A stretch of DNA of 64,000 nucleotides from the human T2T-CHM13v2.0 reference genome, Homo sapiens. Below the pieces are notes generated by a model. The model was not told where the DNA came from and did no database searches. It was given only the letters and a program-made list of their open reading frames with translations. The DNA is taken from the NCBI RefSeq assembly GCF_009914755.1, contig NC_060925.1; one strand, written 5' to 3'. Position numbers and translations under genes: made by a program. Positions 1 through 14,347 of this stretch are shown here, in pieces; position 1 is the first letter of the stretch, and each line of letters begins with the position of its first letter.

Positions 1-954
1 CCTCTGGTCTTGCTCAACTTTGATCTAACATGAACATCATAAAAGTGAACTGTCTAATATACAACACTAAGCACTGCATTCCCATGATAAATAATTGTAA
101 ACACTGTGCATTAATTGTAAGATAAAGCTGAAACTCTCCTGATTGAAGGTCATTTATGACTGGTTCTGCTGCCTCTATAGGAGCGAATCCTAACCCTTTT
201 TGGTTTTATTCTTTTTTGAGAACATGGTGAAAGACATGAAAAATGCACATTTTCAATAGTTATCTCCCAGGTTTCTTGTTTCCCATACATTTAGAAGTAT
301 AATTTTCTTTTATAATTTTCGGATTCGTTTTGTTTATTACTGCTAGAGAAGAAATGACTATATCACCCTTTATCACTATAAGCTCCTGTGGGGATGGGGG
401 CAGGGCACATGCTGAACATTATTTTTTGGTCCAGAAGCTTCAGAGAGGTCCTATTATAGCTGCATTCAACATATATCTGATAAACATAAATTATATCTAT
501 AATGCATCCTAATAAACAGAAGAAGTATATTCTTATACAATGAAGCAGCTTGCCATTGACTTTTACTTTAGATGCTTTTCTGCAGAAAGAGAAAAATAGA
601 CAAATCAAAACTCCCTTTCAGTACAATATATTCAGTCCTGCTGTGTAGAGCATTAAGACAAAGAAGGGAAGAGAAGAATTAGAAGACTAAAGGGAAGAGG
701 ATGAAGCAGTTTGAGTAGTAGTAGTTACTCCAGGTAAACAAAACCATAAATGGAAAGAGACAGCATAAATATCAAATAATTTCTCCAATTTATATACCCA
801 TTATGAGATGCCTATACCACCTGTTTCCATTAAGAAAATTCCTAAGATTTTGTATTCAGTTTGGTCTTTCCATTAGTGAATACTGAATGCCTTTCATGTA
901 TCTTCATTTAGAAGTAATGCACGTTCAGGAAACATATCTTAAGAAGTGTATCAC

Positions 955-1515
<561 letters not shown>

Positions 1516-2100
1516 TCAGTTAACGTTTTAATAGTGATCAAAAATTATGAATATCAGTCAAAATAACAATGTAATTAACAAATCATATATGAATAAGGCT
1601 GAAGAAATGTGTTAAAATAAGTATAATTAATTCATAGAAAGAAGGGGTCAGTACAAACACAAACTACAGCTTCCAGGATCATGAAGGAACTAGACGGCTA
1701 TTAAAAGTGAGGATTAAAAGCGTTGCCAGGAAGAAAGAACACTATAAGTAAATGTGTGGAAGCCTGAGAAGCTTGGGACATTCGAAGCCACAGGCAGAAT
1801 TCTCTGAACTGAGGTCAAAGTTTAGGAAAAAAGGATAACAGACTGCCTGCCCATGGTAAGGGCCTTGAATGCCAGGTGAAGAGATGGCACCTGAGACTGA
1901 TCTGTCATTGGTCTAACCTACAGGTTTAGTTTTGTTAAAACTAAGGGAAATAATGGTTTATTTTTATGTGTATAAACAATCATAAAATTTTAAAAAGTAA
2001 TGTCTAGTAAAATAATTCACATTATTAACACCTACTGAGTAATATTTTCCTTTCCAATTGTACTATAGTAGCAGGATACTCCTTAAATATGTTTTTGAAA

Positions 2101-2206
2101 CTTCTCTCTGCACTTAGCCCTTTTTTTAAATATCAACCAAAATATATTTGATTGATATAAAATATTTTTGGTTGATATTAAAAAAAGGTCTAAGTAAAGA
2201 GAGAAG
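2101..2206. repeat. ~47-bp-arm inverted repeat (hairpin)
   Basis: 2101-2149 is the reverse complement of 2160-2206 with about 3 substitutions and 2 single-nt indels. Confidence 0.9.
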
Positions 2207-4335
2207 ACATTGGTCTATTATATCAATGACCGAAAAGAATTATAAAACAAAACATTAATATACTTTTAATAAATTATGATACAAGTAATGTATAAAGATA
2301 ATGGTTGAAAAAGCATAGTTTATGCACAAAAAGAAATAAATCATTTTCCCTAAAAACTATCTCTTGTGAAAATAAATGGAAAATAATCATCTAAGTGCAT
2401 TCAGTATACATTAAAAAGGAAGCTTTCATTCAAAGACTGAGTCAGAAAAAATGTAAAGGCATAGAAAATGAAAATACTCCTAAAAAAAAAAAAACTAGCA
2501 GCAGAAATGAAAACAGGAAAATACCAAATGTAAAAAGAAAAAAATGTAGGCAACTAAACAAATAAATTTATAACAAAATGTGATCAATAAACAAGAAATA
2601 TACTCTAAGATAAAATTAAACATTTTTCACAGATAGTAACAATATGGCTTTCAAGATTTTTTTTTAAAAAGTCACTGAAATCTTATACTCCTATCTGTGC
2701 AATGAAGCTTAAAGGGTGAGAAAATTAAACAATGAAATCTACAGTAACTAATATTAAAGATGGGATATTTTATTAATTTCAGTCAGCACCCAACAAACTG
2801 ATAGTTTAAATCATTTTAGAAAATGTTCTCACTTTGATTTGCTCCTTTCTTCAAATCTGAAGTACTCAAAAAATTTTAAAATAAAAATGAAGTTTAGTTT
2901 ATAAAGATGAATACGTACTTAAATATGTCAAAATTCAAGTAAAGTGATATTTTTAACTTTCCTTCCCATACTGTAAACTTGAAATCAATCCCTATTTTCA
3001 AACTTTGACATAACCAGAATCAATCACCAATTTTGTGTTTCAAACTCATTTTTATGTTTTAACTGATGCTGAACAATTCAAATACGAATATGCCCTACTG
3101 TAGTATAGATTATTGGTTTCCAGTCTTTTAAAGAATGAGACCCTTATAACTATGAACAACTTTTTAAGACTCCCCCATGTGAGATATGTATACTCTGTAT
3201 AGTACTATGAATTATATAATGCTTTAAAAATATACACATATCTCAAAAAGATTAGCAAGTAAACTAGACAAACAAGCAGCTGAACTTATAAAAATAGCAG
3301 CGGATCTGCCCATGCATTTAAGGAATCCTTTCAATAATTAGATGACCTTTTAGAGCTATAAGGACCACTTGAGTGGGAACCACTAATTCAGAAGTCAGTT
3401 TAGAAAAGATACAACCCATTCACATTTGCTTAGTGCCTCAGAGTTTACAATTGAGTTTAACTGAGTTACAACTGAGTTATCCTGAAAGATAGAGGGGGAA
3501 GGTATAAGAATTCTCATTTTACAAACATGAAGATCAAAATCTAGAGAGACTAAGGAAATGGGTCAAGGTTACGCAGTTTAGTAACAACTCCTATTAGATA
3601 GCAGGTCTTCTTATTACTAAATCAATGGTTTTATCTCTTACAACTTATTCACCCAGTGAAGGAAGAATAGTGTAATAATTTCTGTAAAATCAGCCTAATA
3701 TGCTCTAACCAACAATTCAGAGAGAGCAACAAATGTATTTTGACTTGCACCTTTTTGGATACTCTTAAAAACTTGGCTATAATTCTACACAATAATAATT
3801 AGGGTATTAAAACAGAAAGAATGAGAAAATGAGCTAAGATATGCTAAAGAGATAAACCCACCTTAGCAAAGGGTCATGAATTAGGAAGACAACAAATTTC
3901 CAAATATTGTAAAACCTTCAAGTTCTATTTTTCTTAAGTATCACTTTGTACCTGTCATTTCTAAACTCATTAATCTAATAAGCCCAATTGTCTTGTGAAT
4001 TTCTTAATGATCTTAACAAGATCAGGTAAGTGTTTTAAAATACAGTAATACAAGTCTTTAATTAGTTAAGGAGTAAGTATTCCAATCCTAGAGCATTAAT
4101 AATGTAACACAAAGACTTTGGGAAATACTAATGAAAGAGTACTAAACAAAACTAAAAATAAAAAGTCAAAAATTGGAGATGAAATGTATGTTTTGAAACA
4201 CATTATTTTGGATCTTAAAAGATTTCCATGATATTTTTTGAAGGTGTAATATTAAAATGATGTCTCTTTTTTTCTGTCTCATTCCAAAGAACCATAAAAA
4301 AGCAAATTAAAACAGTGATGAAACAAAACGCTTAC

Positions 4336-4461
4336 AGGTTTGTATCTCAGTGCATCTCTGTAGGATCCAAACAAAGCAGCCTGTGCTCTAAGAAAGGCCC
4401 TAGCTACTCCATCACCCGTAGCTGTAGACTGCTTCTTCAGTTTATTTTTCAAGGCCGAGAC
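4336..4461 (-). CDS. DENND1B: DENND1B coding exon (probably exon 14), 126 nt, phase 0-0: VSALKNKLKKQSTATGDGVARAFLRAQAALFGSYRDALRYKP
   Basis: atgcag|GTCTCGGCC...AAACCT|gtaagc; start of the dDENN region (FLR...LFGSYR); overlaps ORF 4279..4467. Confidence 0.96.
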
Positions 4462-4519
4462 CTGCATGACAGAGAGGAACAGTTAAATTAACACCTCAGA
4501 AATTGGTACAGCGAGGTAG

Positions 4520-4675
4520 GAACCCAATCAGCAGGCAAACCACAGTGTCTGTAGGTCAGCCAAAAATTCATCCTCCTCCCTGATAGCTTATCTTTTTAAC
4601 TGCAGAGAGCACCTGCTGGTCTGTTAATTGAAACGAAAGCAGGAGAGGAGAGTAACGTGCTAATGCAAATTGGTT
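4520..4675. promoter_or_regulatory. Candidate intronic enhancer (motif cluster)
   Basis: CCAAT, RUNX, GATA, E-box, IRF-like and octamer motifs within ~150 bp of non-repeat sequence; motif evidence only. Confidence 0.35.
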
Positions 4676-5009
4676 TATGCTCTCTTTTTTTCCCAAGGCC
4701 TCTTGACATAAATAAGCTTTAATTATTTTACAATAAACTGCTTGTGAGCCACATTTCTACAGATTTCTAGCAATTACAACATGTGTCTACTTGTTTTGAG
4801 ATGAAGCAGGTTAGGTTTTGTTCGTTTTTGCTATGTAAGGTTATTTGTTACAGGTCCTCCAGGATCACTTACCATTTAATTTTATTTTTGGAAGTCTCAT
4901 TTGCATATATAATTTTCCAGTCATTTGTTGAATAGTTTTTGTCATTATGAGATAAAGAAGAGGGGAGAAGAGATAAAGTTATTGAAATTATACCATGAGT
5001 GGAGAATTT

Positions 5010-5195
5010 TATGCAAATGTTATACATTGTGTCATTTAATCTTCACCACAGTCTTCTAAGAAAAGCATTCATATTCCCATTTATGAATGAAGAAATAGAG
5101 GAACAAAGATGTGAATTCATTTGCCCTTACTATGTAGCCAATAAGTGGCAAAGCTGGGATCTAAACCTAGTTCTGTCCAGTTTTTTCCACTACCA
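5010..5195 (-). mobile_element. MIR SINE relic
   Basis: tcatttaatcttcaccac...cccatttatgaatgaagaaatagag...aagtggcaaagctgggatctaaacctag is a reversed MIR. Confidence 0.7.
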
Positions 5196-5714
5196 CATGG
5201 TGGGTTTGAATTCAGTATCATTGCCTCATGAACCAGTAATCAGATTAAAACACTAATGTTTCAAATCAAAGAAAAACTTACCTAAAAATGTGCATAATTT
5301 TAAAAGATATTTAAGTTTGTTTTAATTTTTCATACATTTTTCTATCTTTTAAGTGCTATGTATTTTAGAAAATGCATATTATTTATGAACAGAATTTTAA
5401 GTGAGATCATACTCCTGATGTAAACTCTTATTTTTTAAGGAGGAGGAGATATAAAATGCTCCTATGCATCCAATTCACTGTACCAATTCCTTTCACACAA
5501 AATAGAAAACTATATTCTGTTCACTTAAAAATATTGGTTCTCATATATATTCATCAATGCTTAAAATGGAAACATATTAAGTTGTGTAACAATTCTGTTT
5601 TATTTAGAAAAAAAACTGGTACGACAAATTTTGGAAAGAATGCTCACTTAACAGAGCATATTCTTACCCTTATGAAACTATCATATAACAAAATAGTCAT
5701 TTCTCCTTTTTAGG

Positions 5715-5830
5715 TATATATGTGCATACATATATATGCAAACATATACACACATACATACACATGCACACATATACACACACACAACACATGCACACAT
5801 ATACACAAATACACATGCACACATATATCT
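5715..5830. repeat. Compound (TA/CA/CATG)n microsatellite
   Basis: Alternating purine-pyrimidine run: tatatatgtgcatacatatat...cacacatgcacacatatac. Confidence 0.85.
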
Positions 5831-6924
5831 ATGCAAGAAGGGTTATTTTTATTTCTTTATGCAAGTAGCCCTGACTTTGCTTGTATATGATTGTAATTGA
5901 ACTGTCAACCTAATTAACAACTAAACTTTGAATAATGCTAATGAGAAATGAACACAGCATCAGAGGAAAGACCAGCTCTACAGGTGATAAAACTTCACAA
6001 TAGTGACATTTTCCAGTGTAAAGTCACAGTTACTGTGATCTGATCAAAGAAACAGACCCCCATTGGGTCCAATTATAACCACAGTTTCGAAAAAATTATT
6101 GAGTTATGTTCATAATCTATGCAGAAAGGCCTTTGCAGTGTAGGTCTTCTCCCCATAGCTGTGATCTTTTCAATTTATATCCAAGCTCCATAGATTCAGA
6201 TAAAAATTGAGAGCCTAATTCATTTAGCCCACAAAGTGCATAAATCAGGATTCATTTAAGAGGGATTTTTATTATTAAAATCTAATCTCAATAAATGCAT
6301 ATTTTTTGGTAACCCACATATTCAAACAATAATAATTACAAAAATAAATCTAAATTAATGTCCTTTATTCTGAAACTTCTAATGCTACTTTTAAGTTTCA
6401 AATGCCTTCAATAGCAATGGGAGTGCATATCAATATACGTATTTAATTACTACCTCCACCCCCAAAAAAGATTACGATGTAAGGAATATGATTCCAGTCT
6501 TTTTAAAGTATTATTATATATAAATAGTTTTTTTAAAAGATTTTTACTTTAGAAAATAAAAAAAAATTAAAATGCACCTTACATCTCTGCAAAAGAAAAT
6601 TCCTTAATGTGTATTTTTAAAAATAAAACATGAAATTCACAACTCAGTTCTCCACAAATCAAGAACACAATGTTCTCCGGACAATCACAACACATATGCT
6701 CACTAAGAATACAGGCAAGTCAAGCCATTCCTCAGCCTTTATTATACCAGATCCTTGACTGCATAATTGTTGCCTGAGTTATAAGGGAGTATTAAACACA
6801 ATGCCACAAGCCATTCCAAACCAAATCATAAATATGCAGCCTTCACTTCCAAAACTAGTCAATGATAGCTCCTGAGATCCCTGTGGATGTGTAGAAAATA
6901 GGAAAAGAATGTACCTGTTCTAGA

Positions 6925-7212
6925 ACTATGCTGGCCAATAAGGTAGCTATCAGTCATATACACACTTGATATTTGACTTGTCTCAACTGAGATTTGCCAT
7001 AAGAGTAAACAGACACTGTATTTAGAAGACTCAGTACAAAAAAAACTCAATAATGTTCATATTGATTATATTTGGAAGCAATAATATTTAGGTATAGGGT
7101 TAAATAAAATATATCGTTAACATTAATTTCACCTATTTCTTTTATGATTTAATGTGGCTACAAGAAAACACAATCATACATGTGGCTCACATTTTATTTT
7201 GGACAATGTTAT
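6925..7212 (-). mobile_element. MER33-like hAT-Charlie DNA transposon relic
   Basis: gggttaaataaaatatat...ttaatttcacct...aatgtggctac...atgtggctcacatt...ttggaca matches reversed MER33. Confidence 0.75.
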
Positions 7213-9369
7213 TCTACATGAGTATACTATCTAATTTCATACAGATTTTAAACTAAAATTGCCTGGCAAGAAATATAGTTATATTTCTCCTTTGCCTCTT
7301 TCTACATTATTTCAACTTTTACAAATTACATAAAAATAATTTTTCCTTGACCTACTCTAGTGGGCTTCAATTGTCAGTACATCTGAAGTTGTTCCTGTTT
7401 TTCAGAGACCAGAAGGGCAGCTAAGTGTTTCTACATGGGCAAATGAATGCTCAAAAATAGTCTGTAAGAAAACAATTGTTTTTTAAAAATCAGTTTTAGA
7501 TATAAGGATATTAATATAATATAAAATCATTGCATCAACCTGGCTGTGTTTCTGGTCTTTACATCACTGGAGTAAATTATCACCAGTTACCAATGCCCTT
7601 TGCAGTGCTAATTAGCTTTTAGCAGTTTTTATCTATAAAAATGATGGGGTCTGTCCTGTACTTTTTAATACCTGGTCTAGGAAAGAGCATTTTCTGCTTT
7701 AATTTCCAAACTTCTAACTTTAGTTATGAAATAAATATATCTCTTCCCATGAAATCCTAAGGCTTATACTCACACATAACTCTGAATTCAGAAAAGCATT
7801 TGGAGCCTTAGTCATATGGCTATTATCACATAATCCTATTAATACTGAAAAAGTATCAATTGTTTTCTCTTTTTATTCTTAAGAAAGCAAGCTAGCCTCA
7901 ACCTCCAATGGCTAAGAATTACTTCACAAAGGACATTTTATTGTATTGTCTTTAGAGATTTTACACTCTGTAAATACATTTTTTAGTCTAATTTAGTATT
8001 AGGATAGATCACAAACGAAAAGTTAAACAATGAAAAGAAAATTCAGAAATAAGCATCATTTCATTGCTCTTATCAAATGTTTTAAATTCCTTTCAGTGAG
8101 AATTCAGACCTCCAAGCAGCCATCCATGGGAAGAATTATAACCTGGATTTTAGCACGCTGGGAATTCACTGCAGCATGAATAATATTACCACCAATTCCC
8201 CACTTTTACCCTCTTAGCACTAAAGTGACTATGAATAAAAGGACAGAATTACATAAGTAAACACAGCAAATAGGTACATGTTAAAAGAGTGCAAGCCATG
8301 TGCACTCAGTCTAAGTAATGAAGTAATTATACCAAAGGACAGTAAGCCAGGAAGGCAGAGCATAAAAGGGGGTTGAGTTTTTCTGAGAAGTAACAGATTT
8401 TTTCTTTTACTTAACTTTTAGATGTGATTTCTAGATATGCTTTTGCAGTAAAAATATATTAACTGCTATACCTAGAAATTTTTATTTTACTTTTAATGAT
8501 CACAAAGAGAAGCATCAGGGTAAAGAAGAGAAGATAAAAATAAGTGTTCCAAAATAATATTTAGATAATCTACACAACCTAAAACACTCCTAAGATATTT
8601 TTAAATATTTCCTTTCATATAACTAAACTGCTCTCTAAAAACTACATACATTTAGAAAAGTTAAAGTGTCAAATAATCATCTGTAGAACAAAGTTATAAA
8701 GTTGAAAACTTTTATTCTCCCTTGAATCATGTTATAGTTATCACATGAATTAGATATTAAATCCCTACACTTTTTTAACCTTTCTAAAGTTCAGTTTATT
8801 AAGAAGCAAAATTAACACTTCTCTCTTAATAATTTTCTAACAAGTCTCTATTCGAAGATTAAAACAGTAACCTTTAACATTTATTAAATGAAAAGCATAT
8901 GATATACTTACCTACAGAGCATATCATTACATTGTTTCATTGTATGTTTAAAGTACCTGTCAAATCCTAACGAATATGGCATCATCTACAAGTATACAAT
9001 GAATTTCCAATAAAATCCAAAGGTCTTTAACAAGAACTACACATCTTTTATGATCGCCCCTGCCTATCTCTACTATCTCATTTTGCATAATTCTTTTGTT
9101 TATTTCACTACAGCTATATAGGTCTTGAATTAACCAACCTCTTCCCCACAGGAAAACCTTTATATATGTTATCTCTCCTCTCCCTCTTCTTCCTCCTCCC
9201 ATCTGGCTTACTCATACTCATCATCATTGAGGCCAATTCTGCAGAAAGATGTTCCTGATACACTGAGCTTGGCTGGACCACAAAAGGCTGATCTGAGAGT
9301 GCGGACTAGTAAAAATGGCATCTCAGTTTGGCTAAAATTATTTTCTTATCAGTTTACTTACAGCAGAGA

Positions 9370-9803
9370 TGGCTTTAAGTCCACCAACATCTATTCTCCC
9401 TTTCTTTGCTAATGGAAATCTTAAGTTTGGACTGGTGCATATTTAACAAAACTAGGTTAACTCAGCTAGTTTCCAACATCCCTTGGAACTTGCTGTATCC
9501 GTATGGCTGGGTTCAGACAAACGGAATGTGAGTTGAGGAACATGACATTTTCAGGCTGTCCCTAAAAGGGATATGAATACCCCTCTGTGGATTCTCCTCT
9601 TTACTCTACGGCAAGGTAGACAAAGAGCATACCTTAAACCTAGAGTTGGATGCTGTGTATTGAGGATGGCAGAGTTGTTCCACATCTTTGGAAAACTTAC
9701 CTCTTAATTGTTATACAATAGAGAAATACATTTCTATTTTGATCTAAGAATGAGTATTCAGGTATTTCTGTTATAGCAGCTTAGCTTGTACCCTAATAAA
9801 TAT
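9370..9803 (+). mobile_element. MLT1 (J/I-like) MaLR solo LTR
   Basis: ccaacatctattctccctttc start; 3' end gagaaatacatttctattt...tctgttatagcagcttagc...cctaataaatata. Confidence 0.6.
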
Positions 9804-9806
9804 ACC

Positions 9807-9864
9807 AAACAGTATAAAGGATAATAAACAGTATAAAGGATAATAAACAAACAGTATAAAGGAT
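9807..9864. repeat. 19-bp tandem repeat x3 (aaacagtataaaggataat)
   Basis: Units start at 9807, 9826 and 9849. Confidence 0.85.
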
Positions 9865-10264
9865 ATATGAGAGATATGAAATAAGAATATAGACCAAGCT
9901 CCTAACTGCTTCCATACTTTCTCATACTGGTGCACCTGAAATCCCATCCTCAGTGCAACTGGCACAGCATCAGGTTCCTGCCACGTCATAAGAAAAATGA
10001 AACCTCAGGCTTGCAGCCTTTACTATTAAGCTGGAGAAGAACACTTGAGCCCCCGAGAATTTATGCACTACCACATAAGATAATGCCTTGCTGCACCACA
10101 GAGACACACATGGTTTTTTTCCCGTGCCACTGAGCTACAACAGGTCCAGCCTCTACCTATCTCACCCTTAATCTAAATTAGGATACCACTGTAATTCTCT
10201 CCAACTGCACCCTGTTCTTTTATAACATTTGTCTCTATTTGTAATACTAGATGAGTGTTAACAC

Positions 10265-10390
10265 ACCATAAACTCTATGAAATCAGGGTATATGTTTGCT
10301 TGTTCACCACTATATACCCAGTTCTTAGCACAATGCGTGTACATAGTAGATACTTGATAAATACCTGTTGAATGAATGAATAAATGAACA
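10265..10390 (+). mobile_element. L2 LINE 3' end
   Basis: cttgttcaccactatatacccag...cacaatgc..tacatagtagatacttgataaata..tgttgaatgaatgaat is the L2 terminus. Confidence 0.75.
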
Positions 10391-13300
10391 AATCTAACAA
10401 TCTGTTCCATGCACAATTCTACATTTATTCCTCCAGTTGACTCAATCAAAGTATCTGTGATGGTGCTCAGAAACATAATTCATTTAAAAGGTCACCAGGT
10501 CATTATGATATCGGCAAGGTTTGGGAACTGCTATTGTGACAGTGCTCACAATATTACACACAAAAAGTTGCTTGGATATGGAAAAATCAAGAATTTAAAG
10601 GACCAGAAATAAATTGCAAATAATTTTAACAGCCAAAATCAAGGTTTACCTTTTTTAGAAAAAAAAAATATCTGCAGTAACAAGAGAAAGAAGCATGGGA
10701 GGAAGACATTAAAAGAAAGGCTAGGTAATTTAGTTGGAAATGAAAAGCCATGAGAAAGCCAAGGAACTTCATTGAGCACTTAAAATCACTAAAAGTAACA
10801 AACAATAAATCAACTTTAGAATGGCAGAAGTACAGAGACATAAAGGGGGGTATTACCAAAGCCTGGATCATTGCTGTGGGAAAGCCAGGTTCTCTTACTC
10901 AATTGAGAGAAACTAACAAAAATATTTTAAATGTTTACAAGCACAGTTAAGGTTTTCGGGTTTTGCTTTTGTTTTCTTTGTTCTAACATTTAAGGTTTAT
11001 ATTTTCAAAATATACACCAAGAAAACAGTTGGGAGAACAGCAAAATCTATAATAGTTTACCTACAAACAAAAAAACTACTTTGTAAATAATTATATCTCT
11101 GATAATAACTATTTAAAAGAATAGCTGAGTTTCCACAGACATTCAGCTGGGTATGCAGAAGCACAATGATTGCCATCACAACATGGTCTCTTTTTCTAAA
11201 TACAGGAAATAAAAGGTTATGCTCATAGTCAAAAAGTATAGTTTATATATACGTCCAGGTTTCTCATTTTCATTATTCTTATTAAAGTCAAATGGAAATA
11301 TCCTTATAAAATGTTCTAGGAGGTAACTGTAAACAGACTTTAAAAGCAAGTTTCTATTACAAAAGATAAAAGAAGTGTAATTATATTTCCTTTCAGCAAT
11401 CACTTATTGAATGCCTATTTACAAAGCACAGTACCAAGGCTGTGTGGTGGAGGCAAGGTACACCTAGATGCCTGAGTTCTAACAATTGAAGACTGAGAGG
11501 AGAAAAAGCATGACTATACTTTTCCAAGGGCAAACTGAAAGCAATATTTGTCTCCTGAAGTAATAAAATGTTCTCCAAATTACTCTAGAAGCTGAATGAA
11601 TCTTTCTAACCTGACCACCCTAGAAATTTGTTAGGGACTTCATTTACCATTAAACACAATAAAGATTACAGCAGAACTGTGGCAAACCTGGAACTAATAT
11701 AATATTCTCTGGGGCCCTTTTTTTTCTTTATAACATATATTATGACAATTTAACATGTTAAACCTTCATGTTAGATTACAGGAAATATTCAATGAATTAA
11801 ACATATCCATTGACAATCTGTGTGGTTCTAAGAGTTTAATTTGCTTACATAACTTAATATTTTTTGAAAAGTTTATTTTAGAATTCTCTGAAAAAACTAA
11901 TTCTCTCAAACTTATCCCCAAATTAATAAATTCACTTGAATGTAGATATTCAAATATTTGATATCAGAATTTTAGAGGTTTTCTCCAGTTCTTACATGCT
12001 CTTAATGATTTTTGGTGATTCAGAGCAATTTGTGTCTTTCCTTTTTTTATCACAATAAAACCACTTAATGCACTCCTTCTTATGATTCCTGAAAGCTTCA
12101 CCATAATATGTATGATATTTTAGATAGCATCATTATAATAAGGTCTTTTCAACGTTTTAGTAATTAAATATGCTTCATACAAAATATAGCTATCCTGTAA
12201 CATACAGTGGTCTACAGTGACTTGTACAATAACTCTTAAGTGTACCATATTTTCTATACACCCTCATAGTAGAAAACAGAAAATCATTTTCCAATAGTAT
12301 TATATTTAAGATGAAAATGAAGTTTTAAAAATAGTGCTGAAAATCCTAATTTAAATCAAATGGATCAAACTGATATTTCTTTAACAAGTTTAAGTGGCAA
12401 GTAAGCTTCTATAATATATTTTAAATGAGTTATTCATTACATTGTATATCACATTTATATGAAAGGGACCATGGTCTACTGTTTCGGGCACAGGCCTGAG
12501 GATCAACCTCTATGAACTGAATCTATAGATATACCATTAACAGTATACTTTCTGTGCCTTGATTTTCTTATCTAAAATAGGAATAGCATATTGACCTATC
12601 AATATTATTACTATTCTTACAATCTAATAAGTTTAAATTATTAGAGACCGTTAAGCAATACAGGTAAAAAAAAACTTGCCTGTTGTAATGAATATTCTAA
12701 TACATGTAACCTTTTCAGATGTCAATTCTAATGTGCTTTCATCTATAGGAATTTACAATTGTTTAATATTCATATGAGAGAATTCCTAAATATTATAATT
12801 CTAATTATTAGCTTAATTCCTAGTAAGAGAGTAATTCTATTTATATTTGAAATAGTAACAACCTCCAAATTGCTTTTTTAAAACGTTAATGATAAAAATT
12901 AAAATGAGCAGGAATATCTCAGAAATATATTTTAAATTATTATGCAATTAAAACTAAATTCTATATAGATTTGGAATAGGAGGTTTTAATACTGCATTTT
13001 CATAAATTAAAATCAAGTCATTTGAGATTTCAAATGTTATATTTAATTCAATTGGTTCTTTTTCTCACCCTTATAAACATACTACAATAACACTAACTGT
13101 GATTGATGCTGTAACTGAGTCCTAACATTTACTTTTTTTTATTTCAAAACATTCAAACTATACTACAGATGTTTGAAGGTGTCTATTTGGCACAGCCACT
13201 AAAAAATAAAGTCACAATATATTAATAGACAAAAACTACAAGAGTATATTTTATTGGATCTACTGCCTTTAAAAGTTATTCCATGTAATAATCAATATCA

Positions 13301-14347
13301 TTAAAATCACTCCCAATAAAATGTTTTTTTTTCTTTTAATGATCCAAATCTATAGTGAAATGATGAAATCAAAAAACAAGTGTTCTTGTCAGAAGACAGG
13401 AAAAGAGGTTTTCCCCCTCCCTTAACGAAAACAAAGGAATCCTGAAAGCTTTGCCCTGATTTATTTTTCCAATTTTAAATACCTTAAGAGTAGCGGAACT
13501 GCTACTGGCATGGTAGTATTTCTAACAGTCAATAAATCTAAAATATTATGTGTGAATATTGGAATGAAGCCATTAAGAAGATTACAGCATGCAACACAGC
13601 AGAGGGTCCACAGGAAAAAAGAACTAGTAATTCAGGACAACTGTGACCACTGACCTTTGAACAGCCAAGACCACTGGTCAATCTGACACAATAATAGAGT
13701 ACACATGCATAGAAAGTCAACCAGCCTGTAAGTATAATTTAAATGCTTTGGTGAAGGATTTTAAAAGGACCCCCCCCAATTAAATCTCAGTTAACCTATT
13801 AAACAATCAAACAATACTAATAGTAACATTTTTCAGGTTTCAAGTATATTTTATCAATTTAAATCACACACAAAAAATTTTAGTAAGATCATTTGTGATT
13901 TTAACACAACTCATTTAAGACATTTACAATTGTCCTGTTCTGTCTAGTGGGGCAGGGGAGCTTCTAAAATATGATGTGATGCTTCATCCTATTTCCACCA
14001 AAATTGTAAGAGATAACTTTAGAAAACTGATGAAAAAGCTATATTTATTAGAAATGGGTTCTAAAAATCACCCAAAAAATTTTTAGAAAATTACTATAAC
14101 TTTAAACCATCTCACACTTTCAGTAAATGGTCCTAGCTCCATCTCAGAACTATTTTTATTTGTCTATTCTTTATATTTCTTTATAAGTCTGTGTCCCTGA
14201 ATTTCAAGCATATATTTAGTTAATCAATCTACACCACCTTTCAGTATAATTTTTATCTATATTTTTAAATATTTCAGTTATGTTTATATTGTCATTTATG
14301 AGTAAATAACAAGATAGTCTCTTCTGTCATTTTATATATTCAGGCCT

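Noticed and set aside
4279-4467. ORF extensions beyond the exon limits (also 51826..52029 and 61231..61446)
   Set aside because: The DENND1B-like peptide stops at canonical GT/AG boundaries; the rest is intron read-through.
9807-9864. Repeat arrays as possible CRISPR-like structures (also 42649-42890)
   Set aside because: No unique constant-length spacers, eukaryotic context and no cas genes; these are simple tandem or LTR-internal repeats.
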